A stretch of DNA of 64,000 nt. Origin: Camelus ferus (lineage: Eukaryota). The DNA is taken from NCBI RefSeq assembly GCF_009834535.1, contig NC_045705.1:13020001-13084000 (forward strand), given 5' to 3'. The stretch's first letter is position 1; every line of letters begins with the position of its first letter. The notes under the pieces are model-generated. The model saw only the letters and a program-made list of their open reading frames with translations. It made no database searches and was not told the DNA's origin. Positions 12,030 to 24,642 of the stretch are shown here, in pieces. Both the position numbers and the translations under genes were made by a program.

Positions 12030-12470
12030 AGTTCATTTATTCATTCAATGTTTATGACTAAGTGCTTTCATTTTACAGAGGGCAAGTTTTAATAAGTAAA
12101 CAAATTAGCCATTTAGACACCAGTGAGTGTAAAGAAGTAAACAGATGAAGTCTGAATTTCACTGGAGGTGAGGCTTGGCTCTTTTATGTTAGAAGGTCTA
12201 GAAAGACCTCAGTAAAAAAGCAAAATCTAGGCGGAAGATACAGCTCAGTGGTAGAGTGTGTATTTAGTGTGCACAAGGACCTGGGTTCAATCCCCAGTAC
12301 CTCCATTAAAACACATAAATAAATCTAATTACCTACCCCTCCCCCACAAAAAAGACGAAAATAATTTTTTTTAGAAAAAGAAGCCAAATTTGAGCTAAGA
12401 ACTCAGTGGATAATAAAGTCAACTATGAAAAGATCCTGAAAAGAAAATACTTTATACAAAGTATTAGTAA
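12030..12470 (-). mobile_element. L2 fragment interrupted by a Vic-1 SINE
   Basis: ttcatttattcattcaatg... then aaatttgagctaagaactcagtggataataaagtcaactatgaaaagatc, reverse-strand L2. Confidence 0.6.
12230..12380 (+). mobile_element. Vic-1-type camelid tRNA-derived SINE
   Basis: A-box-like cagctcagtggtagag, B-box-like ggttcaatccc, then cagtacctccattaaaa...aaataaatctaattacc...ccc and an A-rich tail. Confidence 0.88.
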
Positions 12471-13550
12471 GAGCAAAGACACGGAAAAACAAGCCTAAAT
12501 CTATCATGTTGAACCCAGTGTCAATGTTTTATGCGCAAACAGGCAAATCTTGAAAATTTCATATGATTCAATATATAAAGGTTAACAGGTATATAGTCAC
12601 TGCTGTGAGAATTGTGTTTCTGAGTATTTTTTACTTAATCTTATTGAAAATAAGCTTAAAAATTCTACAGTGTGTTACTAACTTTGAAATTAATTCAATG
12701 CATGAAATTGTAAACACTGTGCTTTTTGAGAGTTTCTTTATTAAAATTTTTAAGAAAATTGCTCAACAATTTTCAAGAACCCTGAGAAGCCATAGGTAAA
12801 TATTAATGCAACTTTAGAAAGCAGATCGAATAACCCATTAGACCAAAATGACCTAAGTAAAACTCTATGAGGGGAAGAACTGGGAATTAAAAGAGGAGGA
12901 AACAGTAGGAAAAACAAATGGAAGTACTGGATATCAACAAGCTTTAGTCTGCATGGAAGAGTTTAACAAAGGGGATATGTATTCTGCGAGGCAAAATATT
13001 GGGAATAAAATATTTCACTAATAACTACTAAATTATGTTAAGAATATGTACTTTACCTCTAGGGACAGTGATTTCACACTATGTTGTGTGATGGTGAATT
13101 TCATGTGTCCATTTAACTGGGATGTCAAGTGTCCAGATATCTGGTCAAACATTAATCTGGGTGTGTCTGTGAGGGGGTTTCTGGTTGAGAATAACATTTG
13201 AACCAGCAGACCTATAGCAAATGGCCCTCCCCAGGGAAGGTGGGGCTGATCCAGTCCTTGGGAAGCCTGACAAGAACCAGAGGGAGGAATAAGGGAGACT
13301 CATCTCCCTCTCTACCTGACTGTGTTCAAGTTGAGACATTACTCTTCTCCTGCACTCAGACTGGAACTTACACCACTGGCTAGCCTGGTTCTCAGGCCTT
13401 CAGACGTGACCATACCACTGGCTCTCCTGGGCCTGCAAATGACAGGTTGTGGGACTTGCCAGTTTCCATAACTGTGTGATCCAGTTTCTTATAATAAATC
13501 TCTTTATATATATACACACACATACATATAAACACATACACTCATATATA

Positions 13551-14342
13551 TGTAGTCTCCCCTTGTCTGCAATTTTGCAGGTGGTTTCAGTTACCCATGG
13601 CCAACCTTGGTATGAAAATCATAAGTGGAAAATTCTAGTAATAAACAACTCACAGGTTTTAAATTATACCTTGTTCTGAGCAGCGAGATGAAATCCCACT
13701 CCATCTCGCCCTGAACTTGAATCACCCCTTTGTCCCCTGGACAGGCACTTGGTAGCCGTCTTGGTTATCAGATCGACTGTCACAGTATCACAGTGCTTAT
13801 GTTCAAGGAACCTTTATTTTTACTTCATAATAGCCCCAAAGCACCAGAGCAGTGATGCTGGCAATTCAGATGTGCCAAAGAGAAGCCGTGAAGTGCTTCC
13901 TTTAAGTGAAAAGGTAAAAGTTCTTGACTTAATTAGGAAAGAATAAAAACGTGTGCTGAGGTTGCCATGATCTGCGGTAAGAACAAATCTTCTATCCATC
14001 GAATATGAAGAAAAATGAAAGTCATGCTAGTTTTGCTGTCAGACCTCAGACTGCAAAAGTTACAGCTTAAATGTGTGGTGAGTCCTTAGTTAAGGTGGAA
14101 AAGGCATTAAATTTGTACAATAGGCTATTTTTAATACAACATATTGTTACAATTTTTCTGTTTTATTATTAGTTATATTTATTAGTTGTTAATATCTTAC
14201 TGTGCTTATTATAAATTAAGATTTACCAGAGGTATGCATGAGTAGAAATAAATCATAGTATATGTAGGGTTTGGTACTATCCGAGATTTCTGGCATCCAC
14301 TTAGGGTCTTGGAAAATATCCCCCATGGATAAAGAAGGGGAC

Positions 14343-14348
<6 letters not shown>
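13551..14348 (+). mobile_element. MER44/Tigger7 (Tc1/mariner-pogo) deleted DNA transposon with transposase N-terminus remnant
   Basis: Termini tgtagtctcccctt and ggataaagaaggggactact are degenerate TIRs. ORF 13749..13946 gives APKHQSSDAGNSDVPKRSREVLPLSEKVKVLDLIRKE, the CENP-B-type HTH start of the Tigger7 transposase. Confidence 0.9.

Positions 14349-14387
<39 letters not shown>
14348..14387. repeat. (TG)20 microsatellite
   Basis: Directly visible. Confidence 0.97.
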
Positions 14388-14390
<3 letters not shown>

Positions 14391-14564
14391 TCTTCTTTGC
14401 AGACTCTAATACATCTTGCTAGTGATTTAATATGTTACTTTTAACAAGAAGGCATTAAAAACTGACAGAATTTTCAAAGGCAGTACTCTATAAATAGCCT
14501 TTGTAAGATAGACCTTAAATTATAAAACCTAAAATAAAACTACTACCTTGAGTAATGAAGAGAT

Positions 14565-14770
14565 CAACTTGAATTTGAACCTCAGATCCAGTAAATAATC
14601 CTTGCCCTGTGAGGAAGTGACTTAACCTAGCTTAGCTCAGTTTCTTCATCTGTAAAAGGGGATAAGAATGTCTATCTCAAAGAGCTGCCCCAAGGATTAA
14701 GCAAATTCATGTACGTAAATTTTCTTACATAAGTCTGACAAATGGTAATCATTAAATAATGTTAATAGTT
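14565..14770 (+). mobile_element. MIR SINE
   Basis: gtgacttaacctagcttagctcagtttcttcatctgtaaaaggggataag is the MIR core. Confidence 0.85.
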
Positions 14771-15134
14771 AATATTATTGCTATTATTTTCACCTACATA
14801 GAGCTGATTCTGTATGCAATTATTCTAATAACTGCTAACATGCTCAAAGATTAATAAGATTATACAAAAGTTTGTGAGCCAAAAAAAGGCTATGTGAGCA
14901 GAAGCTGCTTATGTAGGGGGTATAACATTATCTTTTAGGCAAATAAAAATATGTTTTTTAGGTCAAGATATCTCGCATTTCCACTGTAGCAAAAAGACCA
15001 GTGGCCAGTATAGCAAGTAGTAATGGGAGTTTGGGAGCCCCTGGGCTGAACCATTTAAATAGTCTCTGTTCCACTTATTTCCGTGAGGGTTGGGCTCAGA
15101 TCATTTATTTCTCTGTCCTCTTTGTTCACCATGA

Positions 15135-15310
15135 AACAGGCACTGGCCTGAACACTTTCCACAGTCTTGCTCAGAATAAACCTATGAACTGGCTATTTAT
15201 TATTGTCCTCATTTTACAGAGGAGGCAACTGAAGCACATGAGTTAGGGGTCTGGTCCAAGGTCAAAAGCAGTGAGCTGGGGAGCCAGATCTAGGTCCTCA
15301 GGTCACGTTC
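15135..15310 (-). mobile_element. MIR SINE
   Basis: ttattattgtcctcattttacagaggaggcaactgaagcac...ccaaggtca is the reverse MIR core. Confidence 0.8.
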
Positions 15311-15654
15311 TGGACCACCAAGTTGTGCCTCTCGTTGTCTGTTGAGTGTATCTATACAAATGGTATGAAAGACGCTTCCAAATGGAATCTTATTCTGTTT
15401 GCAATTTTAATCTAATCGTTTGTTCCAGAAAGGAGAAGGGAAAAGATTACTGACATCATAAACATCTTCTGAAAATTATCATGAAACTTATATTTACCAA
15501 ACACCTATGTATGCCATCTCAGGGATTGTTGAGCACAGAGAACAGATGAAAACTATTAACACTCTATATGAGAAAGTGCTTTTGCAGTTTTAGGGATTTC
15601 ACAATCAGCTTGAAGGCAGTTCAAATACCTCAAGTGAAGAACTCCCTACAATAT

Positions 15655-15810
15655 TTTATTCAGTCCTCACAGCAATCCTGAGAAGTAAGTATTCTTACAT
15701 TTTTCTACCAATAAAGAAACTAAGATTAGAGATTGAAGTGATTTACTTAAGGTGACAGATAGATGAGAAGCAACACGGAAACCAAACCCAGATCAATCTA
15801 GGTCCAAGTT
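15655..15810 (-). mobile_element. MIR SINE
   Basis: cctcacagcaatcctgagaagtaag...aagtgatttacttaaggtgacag is the reverse MIR core. Confidence 0.7.
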
Positions 15811-17256
15811 CAGTCTACTTAAGTTATACTATGCAATTTCATACAGAGTTTTTTTTTATGTTATTTCTCTATTACTTGGCATCTGAATTTTTCCCTTGCA
15901 ATTTAGAGACATTAAAAAAGAAAAAGTTCTGATTCCTCTGGTTGTCCTGTGGCAATTATAATTTGAACTTGGAAACCTAGAGTATAAAAATGAAATGATT
16001 AAAAATGTCTGTTTCCTAGGAGGTTTTGACTTTAGAAAACAATGCCTCATTAGTCAACACAGAAGGGCATTCTTACTTCATGCCTTACTTTGATTTTGCA
16101 AACTCGGCACTGGTGTTGTGGTTTGATATAACTCTGTTGTCACGGAGTTCATGGCAAGTTAATTCAGCTCAGGGTTTGGCCTAAGACACCAACTGGCTTT
16201 AGATGCAAAAGTATATCCAAATTATATGAAATTTATGTGGCACAATATAAATCAAAAAGTACAATTAAGTGTTCCTAGCATAAATCTGGAAATGACTTTC
16301 GGCCTGGGGAGCGGGGCCAGGTCCAAAAGGATTGTGAAGACTTTGGGCTTTGAGAAAGCATCTTTGTGACATTAACATTTCCACAGTTGCCTGAAAAAAT
16401 TCTCATTGAAATGAGAATATCCGTCAAAGAACAAAGAACAGACCATTGCTTATTGTTTTTCCCAGAAGGGAAAAAGCCTGGAAGAAAAGTTCATAAATGA
16501 ATGCAATCATCAACATGCAATTTAAAGCTAATTGACATCTTACCTATGGTATGATTTCTAGTGCAGCCTTGATGTTTAATAAAAAATGAGAGCTGTGTGT
16601 TGTATTTCCCTTCTAATTGGCCTTTGGAGGGGAAAGCAATGCTTAACAATATCCTTTTAAAGTTTCAAAAGAAATTCGTTTTGTGATCCTGAATCAAAAC
16701 CAGTGCTGAAAAATGCTTCCAAATAACAAATGCTTCCACAACAGTCACCTCTGACCACGTTTGACTTCTCCTGAAAACTGATGTCCCGTCATCAACAGCT
16801 CATTTCAAAGTATTTTTTTTAGTGACTGTAAACACTTGGATAATAAGCATGTCATTTCCATAAAGGAATGTGACATCTGAGGGAGGAGGAAGTGGTGGAA
16901 TTCCATGGGTCAGCTCTATCACAAATCCCTCCTCTGTTTCTTTCCTTAAATGTTTCCCCCCATAGCTTTATTGAGGTGTAATTTATATAATATAAAATTC
17001 GCTCATTATAAGTACACAATCGGATGTCGTCTGTACATGTATAGAGTTGTGCAAGCATCACCATCATCAAGTTTTAAAACATTTCTGTCATTCCCAAAAG
17101 TCCCCTCCCTTGTGCACCTTTGTAGTTTAATCCCCGGTTCCACACTCAGCCTCAGGCAATCACTGATTTTTTTTTTTTTTTCTCTATAGCTCTGTCTTTT
17201 CTGGATATTTCATCTAAATGTAACCATACAAAATGTAGTTTTTTGTGTCTGGCTGC

Positions 17257-17370
17257 TTTTTTTTCAGTTGAACTATAGCTGACTGACAATATTATGTTAG
17301 TTTCAGGTATACCACATGGTGATTCAGTGTTTTTATAGATGACACTTCATTGAAAGTTATTACAAAATAA
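17257..17370 (-). mobile_element. Short young L1 3' end nested inside the older L1
   Basis: tttttttcagttgaactatagctgactgacaatattatgttagtttcaggtataccacatggtgattcag... closely matches the copy at 23398-23500. Confidence 0.8.
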
Positions 17371-17640
17371 TGGCTGCCTTAACTAAGCATAATGTTTTTG
17401 AGGTCCGTCTATGTTGTGGCAGGGTCAGCAGTTTGTTCCTGTTTTATTGCTAAACATTATTCCACTGAATGCATAGACTGCATGTTGTTCATCCGTTCAC
17501 CAGTTCATGGATGTGAGAATTATTTCATGTTTATGGCCGCTATGAATGACACCGCTATAAACATTCACGCACAAGTAAGCATATATTTTCATTTCTTTTT
17601 GGTAGATTAGAAGGGGTGGAATTGAAGACTGGATGGTAAA

Positions 17641-18000
17641 CATTATGGACTGAGTTGTGTGCCCTCCAAACTTGTAAGTGACAATATTTGGAGATAGGGC
17701 TTTTCAAAAAGTAAATATGGTGAAATGAGGCGATAAGGATGGGGCACTAACCCAATATGATTGGTGTCCTTACAAGAAGAGGAAGAGGCATCAAGGATGC
17801 ACGTGCACGGAGGAAAAGCCATGTGAGGACACAGCAAGAACGCAGCCATCTGCGAGTCAAGGAGAGAGGGGTCAGAAGAAACCAGACCTGCCCACGCCTT
17901 GACCTTGGTCTTCCAGCCTTTCGAACTGTGAGAAAATAAATGTCTGCTGCTTAAACTTGAACTGGTATGATAAGTATGTCAGCCCTACCAAACTAATTCA
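17641..18000 (+). mobile_element. MLT1B-like MaLR solo LTR
   Basis: Runs from ttatggactgagttgtgtgcc through ggatgcacgtgcacggaggaaaagccatgtgaggacacagc and gaactgtgagaaaataaatgtc to aactaattca. Confidence 0.88.
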
Positions 18001-19304
18001 GCACGTTTATGTTTACCTTCTTAAGAAACCGCCAAACTGTTTTCCACACTGACTGTAACACTTTTACATTCCCATTGGTGATATTTGGAAGTTCTATTTT
18101 CTCCACATTCATACTGTAGTTTTAATTTGCATTTCCCTAATGACAAATGAGCATACATTCATGTGCTTATTAACCATTTATCTTCTTTAGTAAAATATCC
18201 ACTCACGCCTTTGGCCATTTTAAATTATGTTATGGGTTTTCATGTTATTGAGTTCTTTACAGAGTCCAGACAAAAGTCCTTTATCAATATATGATTTACA
18301 AATATCTGTGTGCTGTGATGGATTCTCTTTTCCTTTTTTAATGGTTTGTTTTGAAGCATAAAAGTTTTAAATTTTGATTAAGTCCAATATATATGTTTTC
18401 TTTTTATGGATTTTTGCCACCATTTTCCTATCTAAGAATTCTTTGCCTGACCTGTGATGTTCACCTGTGTATTCTTCTAGAAGTTGTGTAGTTTTTGCTC
18501 TTACATTTAGACCTATGATCTATTTTGAGTTAAGACTTGTGTATGATGTGAGATAAGGTTTTAAATTCATTCTGTTTTATAAATATCCAATTGTCCCAGT
18601 GAAATTTCTCCCACAGAATCGCCGTGATGCTTCTGTTGAACATCAATTGTGAATGTGAAGGTTAATTTACATATTCTCAGTTCTGTTCCATTGATCTACA
18701 TGCCTGTCTTTATGCTAGAATGATAATTACTGTAGATTTGTAGTGAATTTTGAAATCGAATAGAATTAGTCCTACATCTTTATTCATTGTTTTTGAAATT
18801 ATTATGACTGTTCAGGGCCATCTGCCTTCCCATAAAAATTTTCTGGCCAGTTAGTCAATTCCTATAAAATTCTTTCTTGGATTTTAATTGCGGTTATGTT
18901 AAATCTATGGATAAATTTAGAGAATTTTCTTCTTAGTGATATTGAGTCTCTCAGTCCAAAAACATGGAATCCCTTTTATTTATCTAGATCTTCTTTAATT
19001 TTTTTCAACAGTGTTTCTTGGTTTCATGTGCAAGCCTTTCATTTCCTTTAAGCTTATTCCTACGTATTTTGGGTTTTTTGATGTTACTGTGAATGGAATT
19101 GTTTTTTAATTTCATTTTTAGGTTGTTCATTGTTAGTATATAGAAATACAAACAATATGTGAATATTGATCATATATACTGAACCTTGCTGAACCCATTT
19201 ATGAGGTCATGTGTTTTTTAAAATATCCCTAAATATATTCTCTATATAGGATAATCTTGACTGCATTAAAGACAGTTATATTCCTTTCATTCCCAATATG
19301 GATG

Positions 19305-19400
19305 GCTTTAATTTCCTTCTTCCTTCCTTCTTCCTTTCCTCCCCCTCTTTTCTTCCCTTCCTTCTCCCTTTCTTTTCCCACTTCCTTTCTTCTTTTTTCC
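19305..19400. repeat. CT-rich low-complexity tract
   Basis: Directly visible polypyrimidine (ttcc/ttct) run. Confidence 0.9.
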
Positions 19401-19719
19401 CCTTATTGTTGGCCCTGGCTAAAATGTCTAGTACAATGCTGAGCAGAAGTGACAAGAGCAAATTTCTTGCTTTCCATGTGATTTTAAGCACCCAGTCTAA
19501 ACGTGTTTGTGCGTATTCTGTTTTTGTGTTCTCTGTTTCACTACCTTCATGTCTTTATCTTCCCTTGTCAAAATATCACGCAGGTTAAAAGTGTTAATTA
19601 TTCTAGCTCTGTAAGTCACCTTGATGTCTGCTAGTCTGGTAGAATGATTCTTATTGCCTTCCCGCCTCAAACTGAACTTGACTTTTCCAAGTTTATTGCT
19701 TTTCCTTGTAAACATATGA

Positions 19720-21250
19720 TCGATTTTTCAAAAACTTTATTGGACTATGACTGGAATAGCATTGACATTATAGACTAATTTAGGAAAAATTTACATATTT
19801 AGATTATTGAATCATTTTATCCATGTGCGTGGGCTATCACTTTACCTATTTTGATCTTATTTTATGCTCTAAATGAAAGTTTATAATTGCCTACATTAAA
19901 ATTTGTGTTACATTGAAAGATAATTATTTTAAAAAGCTAAGAGTTTTGAGGTTATTGTGAAGCAATGTCTATCTATCAATCTATCTCTTTCTGTCTTATT
20001 AGTTATTGTTAGTTTATGAGAAAGCTACTGATTTTTCTATTAATTTATTGTTAATTCACCTTGATGATTTTCCTCATTATTTCTAAGAGAATTCTAATTT
20101 TCTTTCGGACTTTTTTTTATGTAAAGGATGATCTCACCTGTGAATATTCATTTCATTTCTCCCTTTCCAATTGTTTTACCTCCTGTTTCTTTCTTCTTTT
20201 TTTGTTTTATTGCACTAGATAGGATTACCATTACAACTTTGGAGGAAGAAGCAAAACAGCCATCATTTTTGGTTACTGACTCTAAAGGGATCTTGAAAGC
20301 TTCATCATTAAGAATGATGTATTTTTTAGACATAGCTATTTATTTAGTAGAATTAGGCATGATCATATATATAATATTGACATATATTTTTTCCTTACAT
20401 TTTTCAGATTTAGTTTCAAGGGTACACAGTTTATAAAATGAATTGACGTTTTCTTCATTTTGTTTTATTTCAATTAATTTCTTTGTAACAGTAGAAAAAC
20501 AGCTTTCAGTTATTTGAAAGTTTTTTCTAAAACTCACCTCTGAAACCATATGAGCCTGATAATTTTTTTGTGAGTGGGCTTCTGATTACTGACTTAGTTC
20601 CTTTAATAATTTAGAGGTCTATGTGAATTTACTATTTCTTTCTGGAGTCAATTTTGATAGCAATTTTCTAAAAACTTGCCTTAATTTTTCAAATTCATCC
20701 ATTTTTAATTATATTTTATCATATAATAAATATCAAATAATAAAAAGCACATACGTGAGCTTTTTAGTTCATGTCACTGTTTATAGCATGTGCTTTTCCC
20801 ACTTTTCATTGTTCTTCTATTTCTGCAGTTACTATCCTGCTATGACTGTCTTGCCAAAGATTTGTCTATTTTATTAAGTCTTCTCAAAGATAAGCTTTTG
20901 TATCCTTGATGATTTTGTGCTGGATTGATTTAAAAGTTTTGACAGGGGCATCTTAATATCTCATTTTATTGAGGATATCATTTCATTTTTTTCAGACTTG
21001 TATTCTTGCTGCTAAAAAAAATCTAATTACCATTCCTTTTACAATAATCTGATTTTACTCTTTGGTTGCTTTTAAGATGTTTTATTTGAACTTGGTGTTC
21101 TGTCCTTTCATGATACTAAGTCTATGTGGGAATTTATTTGTATTTGCCCATTTCAATCCTGATATAATAAGAATATGTCAATATAAACATCATGTTTCTC
21201 ACCAGTTATGAAATATTTTCAGTCCTTATTTGTTTGAATATTAGTTCCCC
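19720..21250 (-). mobile_element. Second, older L1 (L1M/L1ME-type) ORF2-derived fragments
   Basis: ORF 20148..20333 (-) gives IILNDEAFKIPLESVTKNDGC...ILSSAIKQKK, homologous to L1 ORF2 [21 protein letters not shown]...VLARAIRQEK. The same ORF2 segment occurs at ~19400-19490, so these are two elements. Confidence 0.75.
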
Positions 21251-22979
21251 TCAACTCTTTTTCTTCACTCATTCAAGAACTTGTACAAGATGTAACTGAA
21301 CCATTACACTTTCTCCTAAATTCCTTTAACCAAAATTTTGGTTTCTAATGGGAGACTTTTTTTTCCCTACTCAGAGTCAAGCCTCCTTGCCTTTTTCTGG
21401 ACTGAGATTTTTTTTTCAGTCCCTCTAGCATGAAGAAGGCTGCTTTAAATGTGTCCTGGCTTTTACGAAGGATCCCCATTCTGGCTTTAAGTCATTGTTC
21501 TTCTGCTCTTAGGTAAGAATAAACCCTGTAACCGTAGGTTATAGAACCTACATCAGGGTTTTCTCTTCCCCAGGACATTACAGGTTTAATATAGTTGCTT
21601 ACCTTTTTCACTATGAGTTCCCCGATATTTTCTGGAACCTGAGATCTCCATTATTTCATCTGAGTTTAACGATTTATTTACTTACTTACTTTTGTTAAAT
21701 TCTATCTAGCATTACTATGTGTTTTTGAAGAAAAGAAGAGCCTGTGTTGGAGTCATTATGTTGCCAAAATCGGAAGTCTTCTTTTACATATGTTTTATAT
21801 ATTTTTTTGGTGCAAAATTAGCTACATTGGCAATGAGCTTTCCCTGGATAATCACTGAAAACTCAGTGTTTGATACTATTACAATCAGTTCACTTATTTC
21901 CTACTAAATTCACAATCTATAATCATTTACCTTCTAGAATCAGATTATTGAAAAACTCCCTTCTTTAAAAAATTTTTGAAAAAGCAAAAATAATTCGTTT
22001 AAGGAGGAAGCAGAATTTTTTCTAAACTAATAAAGAATTTCCTAAATTAGATTTATAACAGCTCAAAGAATGTGGCAGAGTAATTGCTGTTTTGGAAAAT
22101 TATTCTTTTATTGATGTCTTCTTAGACAACTTTTCAGCTTGCACTGAATTGCAGTCAGTTGCTCTCATGTGTCTGAGCACTGCTAACAGGTAGGAAAAAT
22201 GTGATGAGTGGATATAAGAAGGAAACTCAAGTCATAAATATGCCAACTGCATATAAGTAGCATTAATTAGAAGCACTCGTGGATGACAGAAAATTAAAAT
22301 ACCCTTCTACAAGTTGGTTGAGTTTTAAACATCCACTTGCTCTCTTATTAAAATATTTCACTGTGTACTTTGACAAGAGCCATATGACATTATTCTGAAG
22401 GTACCTAGAGTTGGAACATTAGACCCAAGAGTCCAGCCCTTAACTTTTTCACGTATTGTGTTCTGTTGGGAGACTGCCATTTCTTTTACGGTCTTTGTTG
22501 AAACCAAATGGCAGGAGAGAGTTAAACTGACATTTTCTTAAGCTTTTGTGTTCTCCTGGAAGTCATTATAGATTAGCCATATACTACACTTATGCCTAAA
22601 TTACATACAGAATGAATGACTGATTTAACTTAAGTCAAACTTTTGGCCAGATTAACCTCATTGTGTAAGACAGGATCTTTGTCATGCATCACCGTGTAAT
22701 CTTTGACTGTTACAGAACATCAGGTTCCTCACTTGCAGAATAGAAACAGTGTCTTCCTCACCAGCTTCTTGTAAGAATTAAAAACTAAAATAGGTGTACA
22801 GCCCTGAGCCTAGCCCTAGGTGCTCAATAAATATTCATTCCCGTCCCTGATTTTCTAAAATTTTGAATTAAGTGCTCCAGGTAAAAGACAAAGATTTTTA
22901 ACATGGAATTTAACTCATTATAAGCAGTTTAAAAGAAAAAGATTGAAAACTTAAGACTTAGAAAAGGTTGAAAGTAAAA

Positions 22980-23140
22980 GAATGAGAAAAATACCATGGA
23001 AAAAGAAAACAGGTGTAGCTATTATCAGTTAAGTAGACTTTCAGGCAGAAAGCATTGTATTAGAGTGGGTCACTTCATAGCAGTAAAAGGTTCCAATCAC
23101 TAGAATGTTTTAATAATTCTAAAATTGTACTATCTGTAAC
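22980..23140 (+). mobile_element. Old L1 ORF2 endonuclease-region fragment
   Basis: aaaacaggtgtagctattatcagttaagtagactttcaggcagaaagcatt...gggtcacttcatagcagtaaaagg resembles L1 EN coding sequence. Confidence 0.6.
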
Positions 23141-23397
23141 CTGGTACCAATTTGCCATTTGTGTGGCTTATTTGTTCATTCAAACTTACTTTTTTATCTA
23201 AAAATTTTAATTCGTTCATAGAATTTAACAACTATAAATCTGAAAAGAACTCTGGAGGTGTTCTTTACCCACGCTTGTTACTGGTGTGAAGCCTAGCAGA
23301 CAATGAGTTGGTCAGATTCACTAAGAAGTTACCTCAAAGCTCCACATTTAATTCCACATTAAATATGTTGCCAAAGCTGATAGCTTTCTTTACTTTT

Positions 23398-23748
23398 CCT
23401 TTTTTTAATTGATTTTACAATATTATGTTAGTTTCAGGTATACAACATAGTGATTCAATATTTTTATAACTTGTATGCTATTTAAAGTTCTTAGGAAATA
23501 ATGGCTATAGTTCCCTGTGCTGTGCAATATATTCTTGTTACTTATTTATTTTACACATAGTAATTTGTGTCTCTTAAACCAATACCCCTATCTTGCCCCT
23601 CTTCCCTTTCCCTCTCCCCACTGGTAACCACTAGTTTGTTTTCCATATCTGTGATCCTGTTTCTGTTTTATTATATACATTTGTTTGTTTTATTTTTTTA
23701 GATTCCACATATAAGTGATAACATAGAGTATTTGTCTTTCTCTGTCTG
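23398..23748 (-). mobile_element. Young cetartiodactyl L1 3' end running into an assembly gap
   Basis: Poly(T), then attgattttacaatattatgttagtttcagg...gattccacatataagtgataacatagagtatttgtctttctctgtctg. Confidence 0.9.
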
Positions 23749-23912
23749 NNNNNNNNNNNNNNNNNNNNNNNNNNNNNNNNNNNNNNNNNNNNNNNNNNNN
23801 NNNNNNNNNNNNNNNNNNNNNNNNNNNNNNNNNNNNNNNNNNNNNNNNNNNNNNNNNNNNNNNNNNNNNNNNNNNNNNNNNNNNNNNNNNNNNNNNNNNN
23901 NNNNNNNNNNNN
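23749..23912. other. Assembly gap (164 N)
   Basis: Run of N. Confidence 0.99.
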
Positions 23913-24642
23913 TGCGTAGTGAAACAAAGCTGATGGCTTTCTGCTTTTTCTGTGCTTTGTCTGTGATTGTCTTTTCTGTAGGATTTAAAATAAGATAATT
24001 TGCCCTTTGTGATATTTGCCTAGTCTTTGTCTTCCAGTTTGTTATCTGCACTTTCCCCATCTCTGTGAAATGTTTTTGTTTTGATGCTTGCTACCTCGGA
24101 GATTCATCTCCAGCCACTGACCTCAGCCCAGGCATAAAGGAGTCTGTGGGAATTCAACCCCTACCCAACACAGGCAATACAAGACCTTCCGCACCAGGGA
24201 ACCAGCCATAACTATAGACTCCAAGGGATAGATAAAATAAGAGAACAAAAAACAGAAGTGGAGAAGAGTCTGCAAAGATCAGACTTTTACAGACTCTTAA
24301 GGAGAAAATTTTTTCTCTTCTCTATAGGGACATGAAGGAGCTTTTTATCTACACCAAGTTCAGGAGATCGAACAGCTGGAAAATAAAGAGCATTAACAAT
24401 TTTTTTTCTTTTAGAGGTGTGACTATGAAATTAAAGAATGAGTCATATTCTGCTGTTTAGCCTATGAAACTAAGAACTGGTTTTTCCTTTGTTTCTTTTT
24501 CTCTTTCCCCTCCTTAAAGGAACACACGGATGATTTAAGCAGCCTTGGATTACAGCATACCTAAAATAATAAAGCAATTGAGGAGAGAAAAATCAGCTGA
24601 AGGTGTAAACCCCCTCCAGGCTGAATGACTGTGGCATATTTC

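Larger units (their letters stand above)
13087..14413 (+). mobile_element. MLT2 (ERVL) solo LTR, split by a Tigger7/MER44 insertion
   Basis: Begins tgtgatggtgaatttcatgtgtcc. Body runs through cataactgtgtgatccagtttcttataataaatctct. The terminal piece attcttctttgcagactctaataca lies at ~14389-14413. Confidence 0.85.
16960..19500 (-). mobile_element. L1MB-type LINE-1 (3' UTR and part of ORF2), interrupted by a young L1 fragment and an MLT1B LTR
   Basis: Starts agctttattgaggtgtaatttatata (L1MB 3' end, reversed). ORF 19276..19491 (-) contains LLLSIVLDILARA, an L1 ORF2 RT-adjacent motif. Confidence 0.85.

Noticed and set aside
12230-12305. tRNA gene (A and B boxes present)
   Set aside because: No complete cloverleaf; it continues into the SINE body and A-rich tail, and two more copies with TSDs exist in the window.
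13749-13946. Domesticated or active Tigger transposase
   Set aside because: Only the N-terminal ~40 aa are present before a stop; the element is an internally deleted MER44.
22200-22300. C/D box snoRNA (TGATGA at ~22202)
   Set aside because: No D box (CTGA) or terminal stem at a suitable distance.
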